From: Clostridia bacterium
GTDB taxonomy: Bacteria; Bacillota; Clostridia; Oscillospirales; CAG-382
DNA length: 64,000 bases
Direction: 5' to 3'
Assembly (NCBI GenBank): GCA_017399965.1
Contig: JAFQAP010000016.1
Span: 53,489-117,488 of the forward strand
Position 1 is the stretch's first letter, and every line of letters starts with the position of its first letter. Position numbers and translations under genes: made by a program. Shown here piece after piece: positions 34,810-45,738 of this stretch. The notes beneath the pieces were generated by a model that was given only the letters and a program-made list of their open reading frames with translations, was not told the origin of the DNA and did no database searches.

Positions 34810-35808
34810 TTATTTCATTGCCTCTTCAACTGCAACTGCACAAGCAACGGTAGCACCAACCATGGGGTTGTTACCCATACCGATAAGTCCCATCATCTCT
34901 ACGTGAGCGGGAACGGAGGAGGAGCCTGCGAACTGTGCGTCGGAGTGCATACGGCCCATAGTATCGGTCATACCGTAGGAAGCGGGACCTGCAGCCATAT
35001 TATCGGGGTGGAGAGTACGTCCTGTACCGCCGCCGGAAGCAACGGAGAAGTAGCTTACGCCGTTTTCGGTACACCACTTCTTATAGGTACCTGCAACGGG
35101 ATGCTGGAATCTGGTGGGGTTGGTGGAGTTACCGGTAATGGAAACGCCAACGTTCTCCAGCTTCATTATAGCAACGCCTTCGGGAACGTTATCTGCACCG
35201 TAGCACTTAACGTTTGCACGGGGACCGTTGGAATAAGGAGTTTCGGAAACAACGGTTACGGTTTCGGTGTAAGGATCAAACTCGGTCTGAACATAGGTAA
35301 AGCCGTTGATACGGGAGATGATGAAGGCAGCGTCCTTGCCGAGACCGTTGAGGATAACACGGAGAGGCTGAGTTCTAACCTTGTTTGCATTGAGAGCGAT
35401 CTTTATAGCGCCTTCAGCTGCAGCAAAGGATTCATGTCCTGCCAGGAAGCAGAAGCATTCGGTTTCTTCGGAAAGAAGCATTTTGCCCAGGTTACCGTGG
35501 CCGAGACCAACCTTACGGTTTTCAGCAACAGAACCGGGGATACAGAAGGACTGAAGTCCGATACCGATAGCGGCAGCAGCATCTGCAGCTTTAACGCAAC
35601 CGGTCTTAACTGCGATAGCACAGCCAACTGTGTATGCCCATACTGCATTTTCAAAGCAGATAGGCTGGGTCTCTCTTACGATCTTATCGCAATCGATACC
35701 CTTTGCAAGAGTGATCTCTTTGCATTCTTCGATGGAGTTGATACCATATTCTTTAAGCACAGCGAGGATCTTGTCCGCGCGGCGTTCATAGCTTTCAAAA
35801 AGTGCCAT
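34810..35808 (-). CDS. GGGtGRT family protein
   Basis: Signature ASGGGTGRTLHPDN; MALFESYERR N-terminus. Confidence 0.92.
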   Translation of the reverse strand: MALFESYERRADKILAVLKEYGINSIEECKEITLAKGIDCDKIVRETQPICFENAVWAYTVGCAIAVKTGCVKAADAAAAIGIGLQSFCIPGSVAENRKVGLGHGNLGKMLLSEETECFCFLAGHESFAAAEGAIKIALNANKVRTQPLRVILNGLGKDAAFIISRINGFTYVQTEFDPYTETVTVVSETPYSNGPRANVKCYGADNVPEGVAIMKLENVGVSITGNSTNPTRFQHPVAGTYKKWCTENGVSYFSVASGGGTGRTLHPDNMAAGPASYGMTDTMGRMHSDAQFAGSSSVPAHVEMMGLIGMGNNPMVGATVACAVAVEEAMK

Positions 35809-35822
35809 ATTTCGTTACCTCC

Positions 35823-36518
35823 TTACTGTTTGCGGGGATCGATGTAGGTCTTGCCGTCATCGAATCTGCCGTAGTGGCCGAGAGCCTTGTTGTAAGCGGT
35901 GGTGGGATCGTCGCCCTTCTTGATGAAATCGGTCATCTTGCCGAGAGAAACGAACTCATAGCCGATAACCTGATTATTTTCGTCAAGAGCCATACGGGTA
36001 ACATAGCCTTCTGCCATTTCAAGGTAACGAACACCCTTTGCCTTGGTACCGTACATTGTACCAACCTGAGAGCGTGCGCCCTTGCCGAGGTCTTCAAGAC
36101 CGGCGCCGATGGAAAGACCGTCATCAGAGAAAGCGGACTGGGAACGTCCGTAAACGATCTGGAGGAAGAGTTCGCGCATTGCGGTATTGATAGCGTCGCA
36201 AACCAAGTCGGTGTTGAGAGCTTCGAGAATGGTCTTGCCGGGAAGGATCTCTGCTGCCATAGCTGCGGAGTGAGTCATACCGGAGCAACCGATAGTCTCT
36301 ACGAGAGCTTCTTCGATAATACCGTTTTTAACGTTAAGGGAAAGTTTGCAAGCGCCCTGCTGAGGTGCGCACCAGCCTACACCGTGTGTAAAAGCGGAAA
36401 TGTCGCTTACTTCTTTAGCCTTTACCCATTTTCCTTCCTCGGGAATGGGAGCGGGACCGTGGTTGGGACCCTTGGCTACGACACACATATGCTCGACTTC
36501 TTTTGAATAGTTGATCAT
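35823..36518 (-). CDS. NifU/IscU-like protein of the GGGtGRT-associated type
   Basis: HGVGWCAPQQGACKL, ETIGCSGMTHS, LVCDAIN; start set at MINYS (36518). Confidence 0.8.
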   Translation of the reverse strand: MINYSKEVEHMCVVAKGPNHGPAPIPEEGKWVKAKEVSDISAFTHGVGWCAPQQGACKLSLNVKNGIIEEALVETIGCSGMTHSAAMAAEILPGKTILEALNTDLVCDAINTAMRELFLQIVYGRSQSAFSDDGLSIGAGLEDLGKGARSQVGTMYGTKAKGVRYLEMAEGYVTRMALDENNQVIGYEFVSLGKMTDFIKKGDDPTTAYNKALGHYGRFDDGKTYIDPRKQ

Positions 36519-36543
36519 ACTTTTAGTCCTTTCTGGTTTATGT

Positions 36544-37119
36544 TTATTTTTTAATAATTTCTGCGGTGTAAGAACCAAACGCATTTGCGGCGTTGGATTC
36601 GTCGGTATCAATATGCATTGCGTCTGCAAAAGAGGGGCTTACTCTGATTACAACGTCATCAAAAATAAGAGCGCGGGGAGTATCAAGCTTTGCCAAAACT
36701 ATCTCTTTATCGGAAACGCCGAACTTTTCTGCAGTTTCGGGAGTGAGATGTACGTGGCGCTGTGCTGCGATAGCTCCTTCGGTAAGCTCAACTTCTCCTG
36801 CGGGACCGACAAGCTTTACGGGTGAGCTTCCCTTAAGGTCGCCGGATTCTCTCACAGGAACGCTTATGCCGAGTGTTCTTGCATCGGTAAGAGAAACTTC
36901 AACCTGAGAAGCTTTGCGTGCGGGACCGAGAACGGAAACGTTTTTAATAGTGTTTTTGGGACCTACTACGTCAACACGTTCTTCGCAAGCAAACTGACCG
37001 GGCTGGGACAGCATTTTTTTAACGGTAAGCTCGTGTCCTACGCCGAAAAGGGTTTGTATGTCGGCTTCGGAAAGGTGCACGTGGCGTGCGGAGGTCTCCA
37101 CAAGTACTGTGTTTGCCAT
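36544..37119 (-). CDS. pduL: Phosphate propanoyl/acetyltransferase PduL
   Basis: SARHVHLS, LSQPGQFA, AAQRHVH, MHIDTDESNA. Confidence 0.93.
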   Translation of the reverse strand: MANTVLVETSARHVHLSEADIQTLFGVGHELTVKKMLSQPGQFACEERVDVVGPKNTIKNVSVLGPARKASQVEVSLTDARTLGISVPVRESGDLKGSSPVKLVGPAGEVELTEGAIAAQRHVHLTPETAEKFGVSDKEIVLAKLDTPRALIFDDVVIRVSPSFADAMHIDTDESNAANAFGSYTAEIIKK

Positions 37120-37151
37120 ATATTGTATCTCCTTACATTATTTTTCATAGT

Positions 37152-37180
37152 ATTATACTATAAAATGCTGTTCTTGTAAA
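37152..37180 (-). promoter_or_regulatory. sigmaA promoter of pduL-nifU-like-GGGtGRT
   Basis: Minus strand TTTACA-17 bp-TATAAT. Confidence 0.65.
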
Positions 37181-37257
37181 CAACAAAATGCAAAAAACTG
37201 TTGAATTTTTTCATAATATATGGTAATATAATTTGGATATTAATGTGGGGTAGTATT

Positions 37258-38445
37258 ATGGATTACAGGATATCACAAAATGTTAGGAACGTAAAGCCTT
37301 CCGCAATACGTGAAATATTCAAATTTTTGTCTGTTCCCGGGCTTATTTCTTTTGCCGCCGGCAATCCTTCTCCCGAATCATTTCCTACGGAAGCAATGCA
37401 AAAAGCATCAGACGCTGTTTTTCAAAACAGTGCATCTGCCGCTTTGCAGTACGGAACGACGGAGGGACACACACCTTTACGGGATTGGGTTAAAAACCGT
37501 CTTATAAACAAGTTTTCTTCCTTTACCGAAAATGACGAAGTTATAATAACCACGGGCGGTCAGCAGGGAATCGACCTTTTTGCAAGAGTTATGCTTGACC
37601 CCGGCGATACCGTAATATGCGAAAGTCCGTCCTTTATCGGCGCACTCAACGCTTTCCGCGTCTGTGGCGCAAATACCGTGGGCGTTGATATGGAAGTTGA
37701 CGGAATTTCCGTTTCAGGTTTGGAAAACGCGTTAAAGAATAATCCGAACACCAAATTTATATATCTTATTCCCACATTTCACAATCCTACGGGAATAACG
37801 GCAAGTCAGGAAAAACGCAAAGAAATATACCGTCTTGCACTTAAATACGGCGTTTTGATTTTAGAGGACAACCCCTACGGCGAACTGCGTTTTGCGGGGG
37901 AAGATGTTCCTACCATAAAATCTCTTGATACAGAGGGTATTGTGGTATACACCTCCTCTTTTTCAAAGATACTCTCTTCGGGTATGCGTGTGGGATATTT
38001 GTGCGGTCCCAAGCAGATTATTGACAGATGCGTGGTAGTTAAACAGGCAAACGACGTTCATACCAATTTGTTTTTCCAAATGCTGGTTTCGAAATATCTT
38101 GAAGATAATGATATAGATAAACACATTCAAACAATAAAAGAATTATACAAAAGAAAAGCATCGTTAATGATAAACGGACTTGAAAACGGTCTTTCGGCAG
38201 ATGTTGGTTTTACCAAGCCGGAGGGCGGACTGTTCCTGTGGGTTACTTTACCTAAAACGGATTCAAGTGAAATTTTCAAAGCGTGTATTCAAAAAAATGT
38301 CGCAGTGGTAGATGGAAAGGCGTTTTTGCCGCAGCCTGCGTCCTGCAGCTCCGTAAGACTTAATTACTCCATGCCCACCGACGAACAGATAACGCGGGGA
38401 ACGGAAATTTTTTGTGCTACCGTTAACGAATTTGTAAAGAGGTAA
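37258..38445 (+). CDS. PLP-dependent class I/II aminotransferase
   Basis: ISFAAGNP, QYG.TEG, EDNPYGEL, SFSKILSSGMRVG, PEGGLFLW; start set at ATG 37258. Confidence 0.9.
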   Translation: MDYRISQNVRNVKPSAIREIFKFLSVPGLISFAAGNPSPESFPTEAMQKASDAVFQNSASAALQYGTTEGHTPLRDWVKNRLINKFSSFTENDEVIITTGGQQGIDLFARVMLDPGDTVICESPSFIGALNAFRVCGANTVGVDMEVDGISVSGLENALKNNPNTKFIYLIPTFHNPTGITASQEKRKEIYRLALKYGVLILEDNPYGELRFAGEDVPTIKSLDTEGIVVYTSSFSKILSSGMRVGYLCGPKQIIDRCVVVKQANDVHTNLFFQMLVSKYLEDNDIDKHIQTIKELYKRKASLMINGLENGLSADVGFTKPEGGLFLWVTLPKTDSSEIFKACIQKNVAVVDGKAFLPQPASCSSVRLNYSMPTDEQITRGTEIFCATVNEFVKR

Positions 38446-38450
38446 ATGCT

Positions 38451-39464
38451 ATGGCGGAATTTTCAAAAGAAAAAAAGACAATACTTTCCGGTATAAAGCC
38501 CTCCGGTGAATTGACACTGGGCTCTTATATAGGCGCTATCCGCAACTGGAAACAGCTTCAAGAAGATTACAATTGTATATACTGTATTGCTGACCTTCAC
38601 GCTATTACCGTAAGGCAGGATCCTGCGCTTTTAAGAAAGCGCACCATTATGCAGCTTGCTCAGTATATTGCCTGCGGTCTTGACCCCGAAAAGAACGTAC
38701 TCTTTTTACAAAGCCACGTTCCCGCTCACGCAGAGCTTGGTTGGGTGCTCAATTGCTACACCATGGTGGGTGAGCTTAACCGTATGACCCAGTTTAAAGA
38801 TAAATCCGCAAAGCACGCCGATAATATCAACGCAGGTCTTTACGATTATCCCGTTTTAATGGCTGCAGACATTCTTCTTTATCAAACTGATCTTGTTCCC
38901 GTAGGCGAGGACCAAAAACAGCACGTAGAGCTTTGCCGCGATATCGCAAACCGTTTCAACGGCGTATACGGCGACGTATTTAAAATGCCCGAGCCTTTTA
39001 TTCCCAAGCTTGGCGCGAGAATAATGAGCCTTTCAGACCCTGAATCCAAGATGAGTAAATCCGAAAGCGATTCCGGATGTATCACTCTTCTTGACAGACC
39101 GGAGGATATCATGGCTCGCTTTAAGCGCGCGGTTACCGACAGCGAAACCTGCGTGCGCTTTGACCCCGTGAATAAAAAGGGAATTTCCAACCTTATGACA
39201 ATTTGCTCCGCCGCTACCGGAATGTCTTTCGAACAGATAGAAGATCAGTTCGCCGGCAAGGGTTACGGAGATTTCAAGGCGTTTGTGGGCGAAGCTGTTG
39301 TGGAATTGCTCCGTCCCGTAAAAGAAGAAACCGAAAGACTGCTTAAGGATAAAGCATATCTTAATTCCGTTCTGGATAACGGTGCGCAGCAGGCGTCTTA
39401 TCTTGCAAGACGTACTCTTTCCAAGGTTTACCGCAAGGTAGGCTTTTATTCCACAGATAAATAA
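38451..39464 (+). CDS. trpS: Tryptophan--tRNA ligase
   Basis: SGIKPSG, ADLHAIT, YPVLMAADIL, VPVGEDQKQH, KMSKS. Confidence 0.97.
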   Translation: MAEFSKEKKTILSGIKPSGELTLGSYIGAIRNWKQLQEDYNCIYCIADLHAITVRQDPALLRKRTIMQLAQYIACGLDPEKNVLFLQSHVPAHAELGWVLNCYTMVGELNRMTQFKDKSAKHADNINAGLYDYPVLMAADILLYQTDLVPVGEDQKQHVELCRDIANRFNGVYGDVFKMPEPFIPKLGARIMSLSDPESKMSKSESDSGCITLLDRPEDIMARFKRAVTDSETCVRFDPVNKKGISNLMTICSAATGMSFEQIEDQFAGKGYGDFKAFVGEAVVELLRPVKEETERLLKDKAYLNSVLDNGAQQASYLARRTLSKVYRKVGFYSTDK

Positions 39465-39482
39465 TTTTTTTGAGGTGTCTTC

Positions 39483-41465
39483 GTGTCCAAGAAAAAGCCC
39501 GAATACGACAGCCATTCAATATCATCACTCAAAGGCGCAGACAGAGTTCGTTTGCGTCCTGCGGTCATCTTCGGAAGTGACGGTCTTGAGGGCTGCGAGC
39601 ATTCATTTTTCGAAATACTTTCAAACTCAATAGATGAAGCCAGAGAAGGCTACGGCAACGTAATAAATGTAACCGTATTTAACGATCACGCTATGATCGT
39701 AGAAGACTTCGGCAGGGGAGTCCCTCTTGATTGGAACGAAAAAGAGGGAAGATATAACTGGGAGCTTGTATACTGTGAACTTTACGCAGGCGGTAAGTAC
39801 GATAAACAGGGCGGAAGTCCCTACGGATACTCTTTGGGTACCAATGGCTTGGGCGCCTGTGCTACTCAGTATGCTTCCGAGTATATGACAGTAACCTCCT
39901 GCTCCCGCGGTGTAAAATCCACTATGGAATTTTCCAAAGGCAATCCTATAGGCGAACTGCAGAAAGAGCCCTGCGCAAAAGGAAAAAGCGGTACCACCGT
40001 TAAGTGGAAGCCTGATTACGATGTATTTACCGATATTTCCATTCCTTACGAATTCTTTACAGAGGTTTTAAAACGTCAGGCTGTTGCAAATGCAGGACTT
40101 ACCTTGGTTCTTAACTGGCAAAACGGTGACGGAAGCTGGAAAAAGGACGAATATTTGTATCCCAACGGAATAATGGATTATATCAATGAAAATGTTGGTA
40201 TGGGATATTTGACAGAGCCCGTCCAGTATTCCTGTGAACGTGTGGGCAGAGACAGAGCTGATCAGCCCGATTACAGCCTGCTTATAAATTTTGCGTTTTG
40301 TTTTTCAAACGAGTCCAACTTTATAGAATATTATCATAACTCGTCTTTTCTTGAACACGGCGGTTCTCCCGAAAAAGCTGCCAAGACAGCATTTGTTTAC
40401 GCAATAGATAAATATCTTAAAGATAACGGAAAATATACAAAATCCGAAAGCAAGGTTACCTGGAACGACGTAGCGGATTCTTTGGTGCTGGTAACCAACT
40501 GCTTTTCCACGGCAACTTCCTATTCCAACCAGACGAAAAAAGCCATAACCAACGTGTTTATTGCCGATGCTATGGCAGATTTCTTTAAGCAAAAGCTTGA
40601 GGTGTATTTTGCGGAAAATCCCGCGGCGGCAGATAAAGCCTGCCAGCAGGTATTGGTCAACAAAAGAAGCCGTGAATCTGCGGAAAGTATGCGTCTTAAC
40701 GTAAAGAAAAAGCTTACTACGACTTTGGATATAAACAACACGGTTGAAAAGTTCGTAAACTGCCGCAGCAAGGACCCCGAGGTATGCGAATTGTATATAG
40801 TTGAGGGTGATTCGGCACTTACCAGCTGTAAGCTTGCAAGAGATCCGTCTTTCCAAGCAATTATTCCCGTACGCGGTAAGACACTTAACTGTCTTAAAGC
40901 GTCATACGAGGCTATCTTTAAAAGCGATATTATAGTGGATCTTCTCAAGGTTATCGGCTGCGGTGTAGAGATAAAGGCAAAGGGCAGCAAGAATCTTACC
41001 GAATTCAATCTTGCCGCTTTGCGCTGGTCAAAAATAATTATCTGTACCGATGCTGATGAAGACGGTTACCAGATAAGAACTCTTATTCTCACCTTGTTTT
41101 ACCGCCTTCTTCCCACTCTCATAAGAGAGGGCAGGGTGTATATTGCGGAAACTCCTCTGTATGAGATAACAACAAAGGACGATACATTCTTTGCTTATGA
41201 TGAGCAGGAAAAAGCTTCTATTCTTTCCAAGATAGGAAATTCAAAGTACATGATCCAGCGTTCGAAAGGTCTCGGCGAAAACGATGCGGATATGATGTCA
41301 CGCACTACTATGGCGCCCGCTACCAGAAAGCTTGTGCGTATCACTCCGGCTGACGAGGCTAAAACCTATGAAATGTTCGATGTTTTGTTAGGTGATAACC
41401 TTGCGGGAAGAAAACAGTTTATTGCCGAAAACGGCGCAAGATATCTTGATCTTGCGGATTATTGA
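39483..41465 (+). CDS. Type IIA topoisomerase subunit B (GyrB/ParE-like, divergent clostridial type)
   Basis: EILSNSIDE, DFGRG, IVEGDSA, PVRGKTLN, TDADEDG, SKGLGE. Confidence 0.9.
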   Translation: MSKKKPEYDSHSISSLKGADRVRLRPAVIFGSDGLEGCEHSFFEILSNSIDEAREGYGNVINVTVFNDHAMIVEDFGRGVPLDWNEKEGRYNWELVYCELYAGGKYDKQGGSPYGYSLGTNGLGACATQYASEYMTVTSCSRGVKSTMEFSKGNPIGELQKEPCAKGKSGTTVKWKPDYDVFTDISIPYEFFTEVLKRQAVANAGLTLVLNWQNGDGSWKKDEYLYPNGIMDYINENVGMGYLTEPVQYSCERVGRDRADQPDYSLLINFAFCFSNESNFIEYYHNSSFLEHGGSPEKAAKTAFVYAIDKYLKDNGKYTKSESKVTWNDVADSLVLVTNCFSTATSYSNQTKKAITNVFIADAMADFFKQKLEVYFAENPAAADKACQQVLVNKRSRESAESMRLNVKKKLTTTLDINNTVEKFVNCRSKDPEVCELYIVEGDSALTSCKLARDPSFQAIIPVRGKTLNCLKASYEAIFKSDIIVDLLKVIGCGVEIKAKGSKNLTEFNLAALRWSKIIICTDADEDGYQIRTLILTLFYRLLPTLIREGRVYIAETPLYEITTKDDTFFAYDEQEKASILSKIGNSKYMIQRSKGLGENDADMMSRTTMAPATRKLVRITPADEAKTYEMFDVLLGDNLAGRKQFIAENGARYLDLADY

Positions 41466-41480
41466 TAGGGAGGTATAACT

Positions 41481-43703
41481 ATGGCTAAAAAGAAAAAAGT
41501 CGAGCCGGCTCCTATCAAACTTGCCGAAGTTGTCAATACTCCCATTACAGAGATACTTGAAAGCAACTATATGCCCTACGCTATGAGCGTTATCGTTTCC
41601 CGCGCTATTCCCGAAATAGACGGTCTTAAGCCTTCTCACAGAAAGCTTTTGTACTCTATGTATAAAATGGGACTTATGACAGGTCAAAAGGTAAAAAGCG
41701 CAAAAGTAGTTGGACAGACAATGATGCTCAACCCTCACGGTGATGCCGCTATATACGAGACTCTCGTCCGTCTTACTACGGGCAGAGAATCTCTTTTGCA
41801 TCCTCTTATAGAATCCAAGGGTGCTTTCGGAAAGCAGTATTCCGATATGGTGTTTTCCGCTTCCCGTTATACCGAATGTAAATTAGCTCCCATTTGCGAA
41901 GAGCTTTTTGACGGTATAGACAGGGACGGCGTTGATTTTGTGGATAATTACGACGGAACCATGAAGGAGCCTACGCTTCTTCCCGTTTCGTTCCCCAATA
42001 TTCTCGTTGCTCCCAACAACGGTATTGCTGTCGGTATGACCAGCCGTATATGCTCTTTTAATCTGGCGGAGCTTTGCGATGCGACCTCAATGTATCTCAA
42101 AAACGGCAATATTACCGTGCCCGAGCTTTTGGAAATAATGCCTGCCCCCGATTTTTCTACGGGCGGTCAGCTTATTTACGATAAGGATAAAATGGCGGAT
42201 ATTTATTCCACAGGTGTGGGAACCTTCCGTGTTCGCTCCAAGTGGCGTGTAGAGGGTAATCATATTGAAATATACGAGATTCCGTACACTACCACTGCGG
42301 AAAAAATAAAAGATTCCATTGTAAAGCTGGTTAAAGAAGGCAAGGTTAAGGAAATTTCCGATGTACGTGATGAAATCGGTCTTAACGGTCTTACTCTTAC
42401 CATTGATATTAAGCGCGGTGCCGAGCCGGATAAGCTTATGGCTAAATTGTGCAAGTCCACTCCTTTGGAGGATACGTTTGGATGTAATTTCAATATCCTT
42501 ATCGGCGGTGTTCCCCGTACTTTGGGAATTCCCGATATCATCGAAGAGTGGAGCGCATTCCGAGTCGAATGTCTTCGCCGTAATTATATTTACGATCTGG
42601 GCAAAAAGAGCGATAAGCTCCATCTATTATACGGTCTGCGCAAGATCCTGCTGGATATCGACAAGGCTATTGCCATTATCCGCCATACCGAAAACGAAAA
42701 AGACGTTGTTCCCAATTTGATGAGCGGATTTGATATCGACAAGATCCAGGCGGAGTTTGTTGCAGATATTAAACTTCGAAATCTAAACAGAGAATATATT
42801 CTCAACCGCACGGAAGAGATAGGCGATCTTGAAAAAGAGATTGAAAATCTTAAGAGCCTTATTGCTTCCGAGCGTAAGATACGAAACGTAATTATAAAAC
42901 AGCTTGGCAAGATAAAGGAAAAATACGGCAAGCCACGTAAAACCGAGGTGCTCAGCTCCGAATCCGTTACCGCTGTTTCCGATGAACCTAAATTTGAAGA
43001 TTATCCTTGCTTTATGTTCGTAAGCAGGGAAGGATATTTCAAAAAATGTCTTCCCGCATCCTTGCGCGGAAGTGACGTGCAAAAGTTCAAGGAAGGCGAT
43101 GAATTGCTTATCAGCACCGAAACGACCAACGGTGCGGAAGTGCTGTTCTTTACCAATCACGCCCAAGTTTACAAGGCTCATATGTATGATTTTGACGATG
43201 TCAAAGCATCTGCATTGGGCGAATACGTGCCTGCAAAGCTTGGCTTTGACGAGGGCGAAAAGGTTATTGCGGCACATGCAATGTCCGATTTCAACGGTAA
43301 TTTTGTTGTATTCTATGAAAACGGTAAAGCCGTTAAATTCCCGGCAGAGGTTTATAAAACAGTTACAAACCGTAAAAAACTGACCAATGCTCTTGCATCA
43401 GGATCCGTAGCAGTCGGTGTATTCAGAGGCGGAAACGAAAAACAGGAATATCTTATTATTTCTTCCGCTTCGAGAGCGTTGCTTATAAAAGAAAAGCAAA
43501 TTACCGAAAAATCCACCCGAAGTGCTTCCGGCGCAACGGTTATGACACTCAAAAAAGGTCATACCGTTGTAAGCGCATCCGTATACGATCCAAGCGTACG
43601 TGCGCTGGAAAAAGAAAGCAGATATCGTAAATCCACATTGCCTTCTACCGGAGGACTTTTCGAGGATGACGATCCCGAGCTTAACCAAATGTCGTTGATC
43701 TAA
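41481..43703 (+). CDS. Type IIA topoisomerase subunit A (ParC-like; no GyrA-box seen)
   Basis: RAIPEIDGLKPSHR, NPHGD, SASRYTE catalytic Tyr, GIAVGM. Confidence 0.9.
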   Translation: MAKKKKVEPAPIKLAEVVNTPITEILESNYMPYAMSVIVSRAIPEIDGLKPSHRKLLYSMYKMGLMTGQKVKSAKVVGQTMMLNPHGDAAIYETLVRLTTGRESLLHPLIESKGAFGKQYSDMVFSASRYTECKLAPICEELFDGIDRDGVDFVDNYDGTMKEPTLLPVSFPNILVAPNNGIAVGMTSRICSFNLAELCDATSMYLKNGNITVPELLEIMPAPDFSTGGQLIYDKDKMADIYSTGVGTFRVRSKWRVEGNHIEIYEIPYTTTAEKIKDSIVKLVKEGKVKEISDVRDEIGLNGLTLTIDIKRGAEPDKLMAKLCKSTPLEDTFGCNFNILIGGVPRTLGIPDIIEEWSAFRVECLRRNYIYDLGKKSDKLHLLYGLRKILLDIDKAIAIIRHTENEKDVVPNLMSGFDIDKIQAEFVADIKLRNLNREYILNRTEEIGDLEKEIENLKSLIASERKIRNVIIKQLGKIKEKYGKPRKTEVLSSESVTAVSDEPKFEDYPCFMFVSREGYFKKCLPASLRGSDVQKFKEGDELLISTETTNGAEVLFFTNHAQVYKAHMYDFDDVKASALGEYVPAKLGFDEGEKVIAAHAMSDFNGNFVVFYENGKAVKFPAEVYKTVTNRKKLTNALASGSVAVGVFRGGNEKQEYLIISSASRALLIKEKQITEKSTRSASGATVMTLKKGHTVVSASVYDPSVRALEKESRYRKSTLPSTGGLFEDDDPELNQMSLI

Positions 43704-43737
43704 TTAAACTTAACTTTATCGGAAAGGAGTGTTCACG

Positions 43738-45738
43738 TTGAAGAAAGTATTTTCAAACTATATTGCGGAAATTTTATCATTTTCGGCACTTTTGATATCA
43801 GCCTTGGTTTCTTTTGCTGCGAAGAATATCGCGGCGGGGTGGATATGTCTTGCCGTTGCGGTGGTATTTGCCGTTATAGTGGTTTGCGTGCGGCTGATCA
43901 AATCCAGATGGAAGCTGCCGGAGCAAACAGAAAAATCCATTTCTGCTCTTACCGTTAGCTTTTTGATGAAACTTGAGCATCCCGCTCTCCTCATAGATGA
44001 TCACGGTAAGGTCATCTGGCACAACGAAGCACTTTCTGCAATTGACAAATCCAAATCCGCAAAGCACGGTGCTAATGTAAGCGGCCTTTTTGACGGTGTT
44101 CTTTTGCCTCGTAAAAACGATGAGGAACCTTACGAGTATATGGCAGATAACCGCCATTTTACCGTCCAGCATTATCCTGTGTTCGGTTCGGCTAAAAAAT
44201 ACGATCTTTGCATTATGTATGATGATACCGGCTTGTTTGAAAGCAAAAAGTATATCAAAATGCATAATCCTGCAGTAATGTATATTGTTGTGGACAACTT
44301 TTCCGAACTCGCACAGGGACTTAAGGATAATTACCGCGCCTCCTCAGCAAAGGTTAGCTCTGTTCTTACCGAATGGGCGGCTACCTTTAACGGTCTTATA
44401 AAAGAGTTTGAGCGCGATAAATATATCTGTGTATTTGATGAGCAGTACGTTGCCGATATGATCGAATCGGATTTTGACATTATTGATCTGGTTTCTGCGG
44501 TAACAGCATCTGACGGCGGCGCGCCTTTGACTATATCTATAGGCGTTGCTGCAACGGATGGCGCTTTTTCCGAAAAGGAAGAGATCGCCATGCAGGCGCT
44601 TCAGCTTGCTTTGCAAAAGGGCGGCGCGCAGGCTGTGGTTCGTGACAGAACTCAAGCGCGCAATTACGGCGCAAGAATAAGAGCTGCAAAGAAAGACAGT
44701 AAAGGTCCGTCACGTAATGCCGCTTTTGCCCTTTCCAATCTTATGGAAAAATGTTCAAACGTTATAATAATGGGCCACAAAAATCCCGATTTCGATTCTA
44801 TTGCGGCATGCGTGGGTATCGCAAGACTTGCTTTTATGCACGGCAAGCGCCCCTTTATTATTACCGGCGACAGAGATGCGGATATCGCTCCTGCTTTACG
44901 TTTGATTTCGGGACTGCCCGAATACAAGAATGTGTTTGTTGACGATATCTACGCGCAGGAACTTATTACACCTTCTGCATTATTGGTTATCGTAGACGTT
45001 AACAACGTGGATATGTTTGCTTCCGCAGAGGTATATAATAACGCTTCTCAAGTGGTTATAATCGACCACCATATAAAGAAAGAAGACTTTACAAAGCCCA
45101 TTTCTCTTGAATTTATAGATCCTTCCGCATCTTCCGCATCCGAGCTTATAAGCGAGATACTGGAAGAAAAGCTTTCTGCAGGAACTATGAAAAAGGAAGA
45201 AGCGGTCTTGCTGTTTTCCGGAATTTTGCTGGATACGCAAAACTTTACCCGCGGTACCGGTGTGCGCACTTTTGGTGCATCCTTTTATCTGCGCAGTCTC
45301 GGCGCAGACCCCGGAGAGGCAAAGGAACTGTTTAAAAACGATATGGATGAGTATATAAAACTTGCCCGTATCGAGCGAAATATTTACCGTTATAAAGATA
45401 ATATTGCCGTTTCTTTCTTTGACGGAATAGGAAACGACGTGGATTACCGTTTGTGCTGTACTGTTGCGGACCGTATGCTTACCATTGAAAATGTGGATGC
45501 ATCCTTTGTGGTCTGCCAGGTTGGCAATGATGTGCGTATTTCCGCACGTTCCCGCAGCGACGAACTTAACGTCGGCACGGTAATGACCTATTTCGGCGGC
45601 GGCGGCAGATTTGACGCGGCGGCTTGTAAGATAGAAAACACAGAAACAAATGAAGTTTTAAAACAATTGGAAAACGCAATAGATGATTTTTGCGAAGGAA
45701 AGTTAAGGAGGAAAGAAGATGAAAGTACTGCTTCTTGA
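43738..45738 (+). CDS. gdpP: GdpP-like c-di-AMP phosphodiesterase (TM-PAS-degenerate GGDEF-DHH/DHHA1)
   Basis: [28 protein letters not shown]; TTG start 43738 fits RBS AAGGAG; precedes rplI-dnaB. Confidence 0.85.
   Translation: MKKVFSNYIAEILSFSALLISALVSFAAKNIAAGWICLAVAVVFAVIVVCVRLIKSRWKLPEQTEKSISALTVSFLMKLEHPALLIDDHGKVIWHNEALSAIDKSKSAKHGANVSGLFDGVLLPRKNDEEPYEYMADNRHFTVQHYPVFGSAKKYDLCIMYDDTGLFESKKYIKMHNPAVMYIVVDNFSELAQGLKDNYRASSAKVSSVLTEWAATFNGLIKEFERDKYICVFDEQYVADMIESDFDIIDLVSAVTASDGGAPLTISIGVAATDGAFSEKEEIAMQALQLALQKGGAQAVVRDRTQARNYGARIRAAKKDSKGPSRNAAFALSNLMEKCSNVIIMGHKNPDFDSIAACVGIARLAFMHGKRPFIITGDRDADIAPALRLISGLPEYKNVFVDDIYAQELITPSALLVIVDVNNVDMFASAEVYNNASQVVIIDHHIKKEDFTKPISLEFIDPSASSASELISEILEEKLSAGTMKKEEAVLLFSGILLDTQNFTRGTGVRTFGASFYLRSLGADPGEAKELFKNDMDEYIKLARIERNIYRYKDNIAVSFFDGIGNDVDYRLCCTVADRMLTIENVDASFVVCQVGNDVRISARSRSDELNVGTVMTYFGGGGRFDAAACKIENTETNEVLKQLENAIDDFCEGKLRRKEDESTAS

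Noticed and set aside
38446-38450. T-box leader before trpS
   Set aside because: Only 5 bp separate trpS from the upstream gene, and no T-box motif was seen upstream of the aminotransferase.
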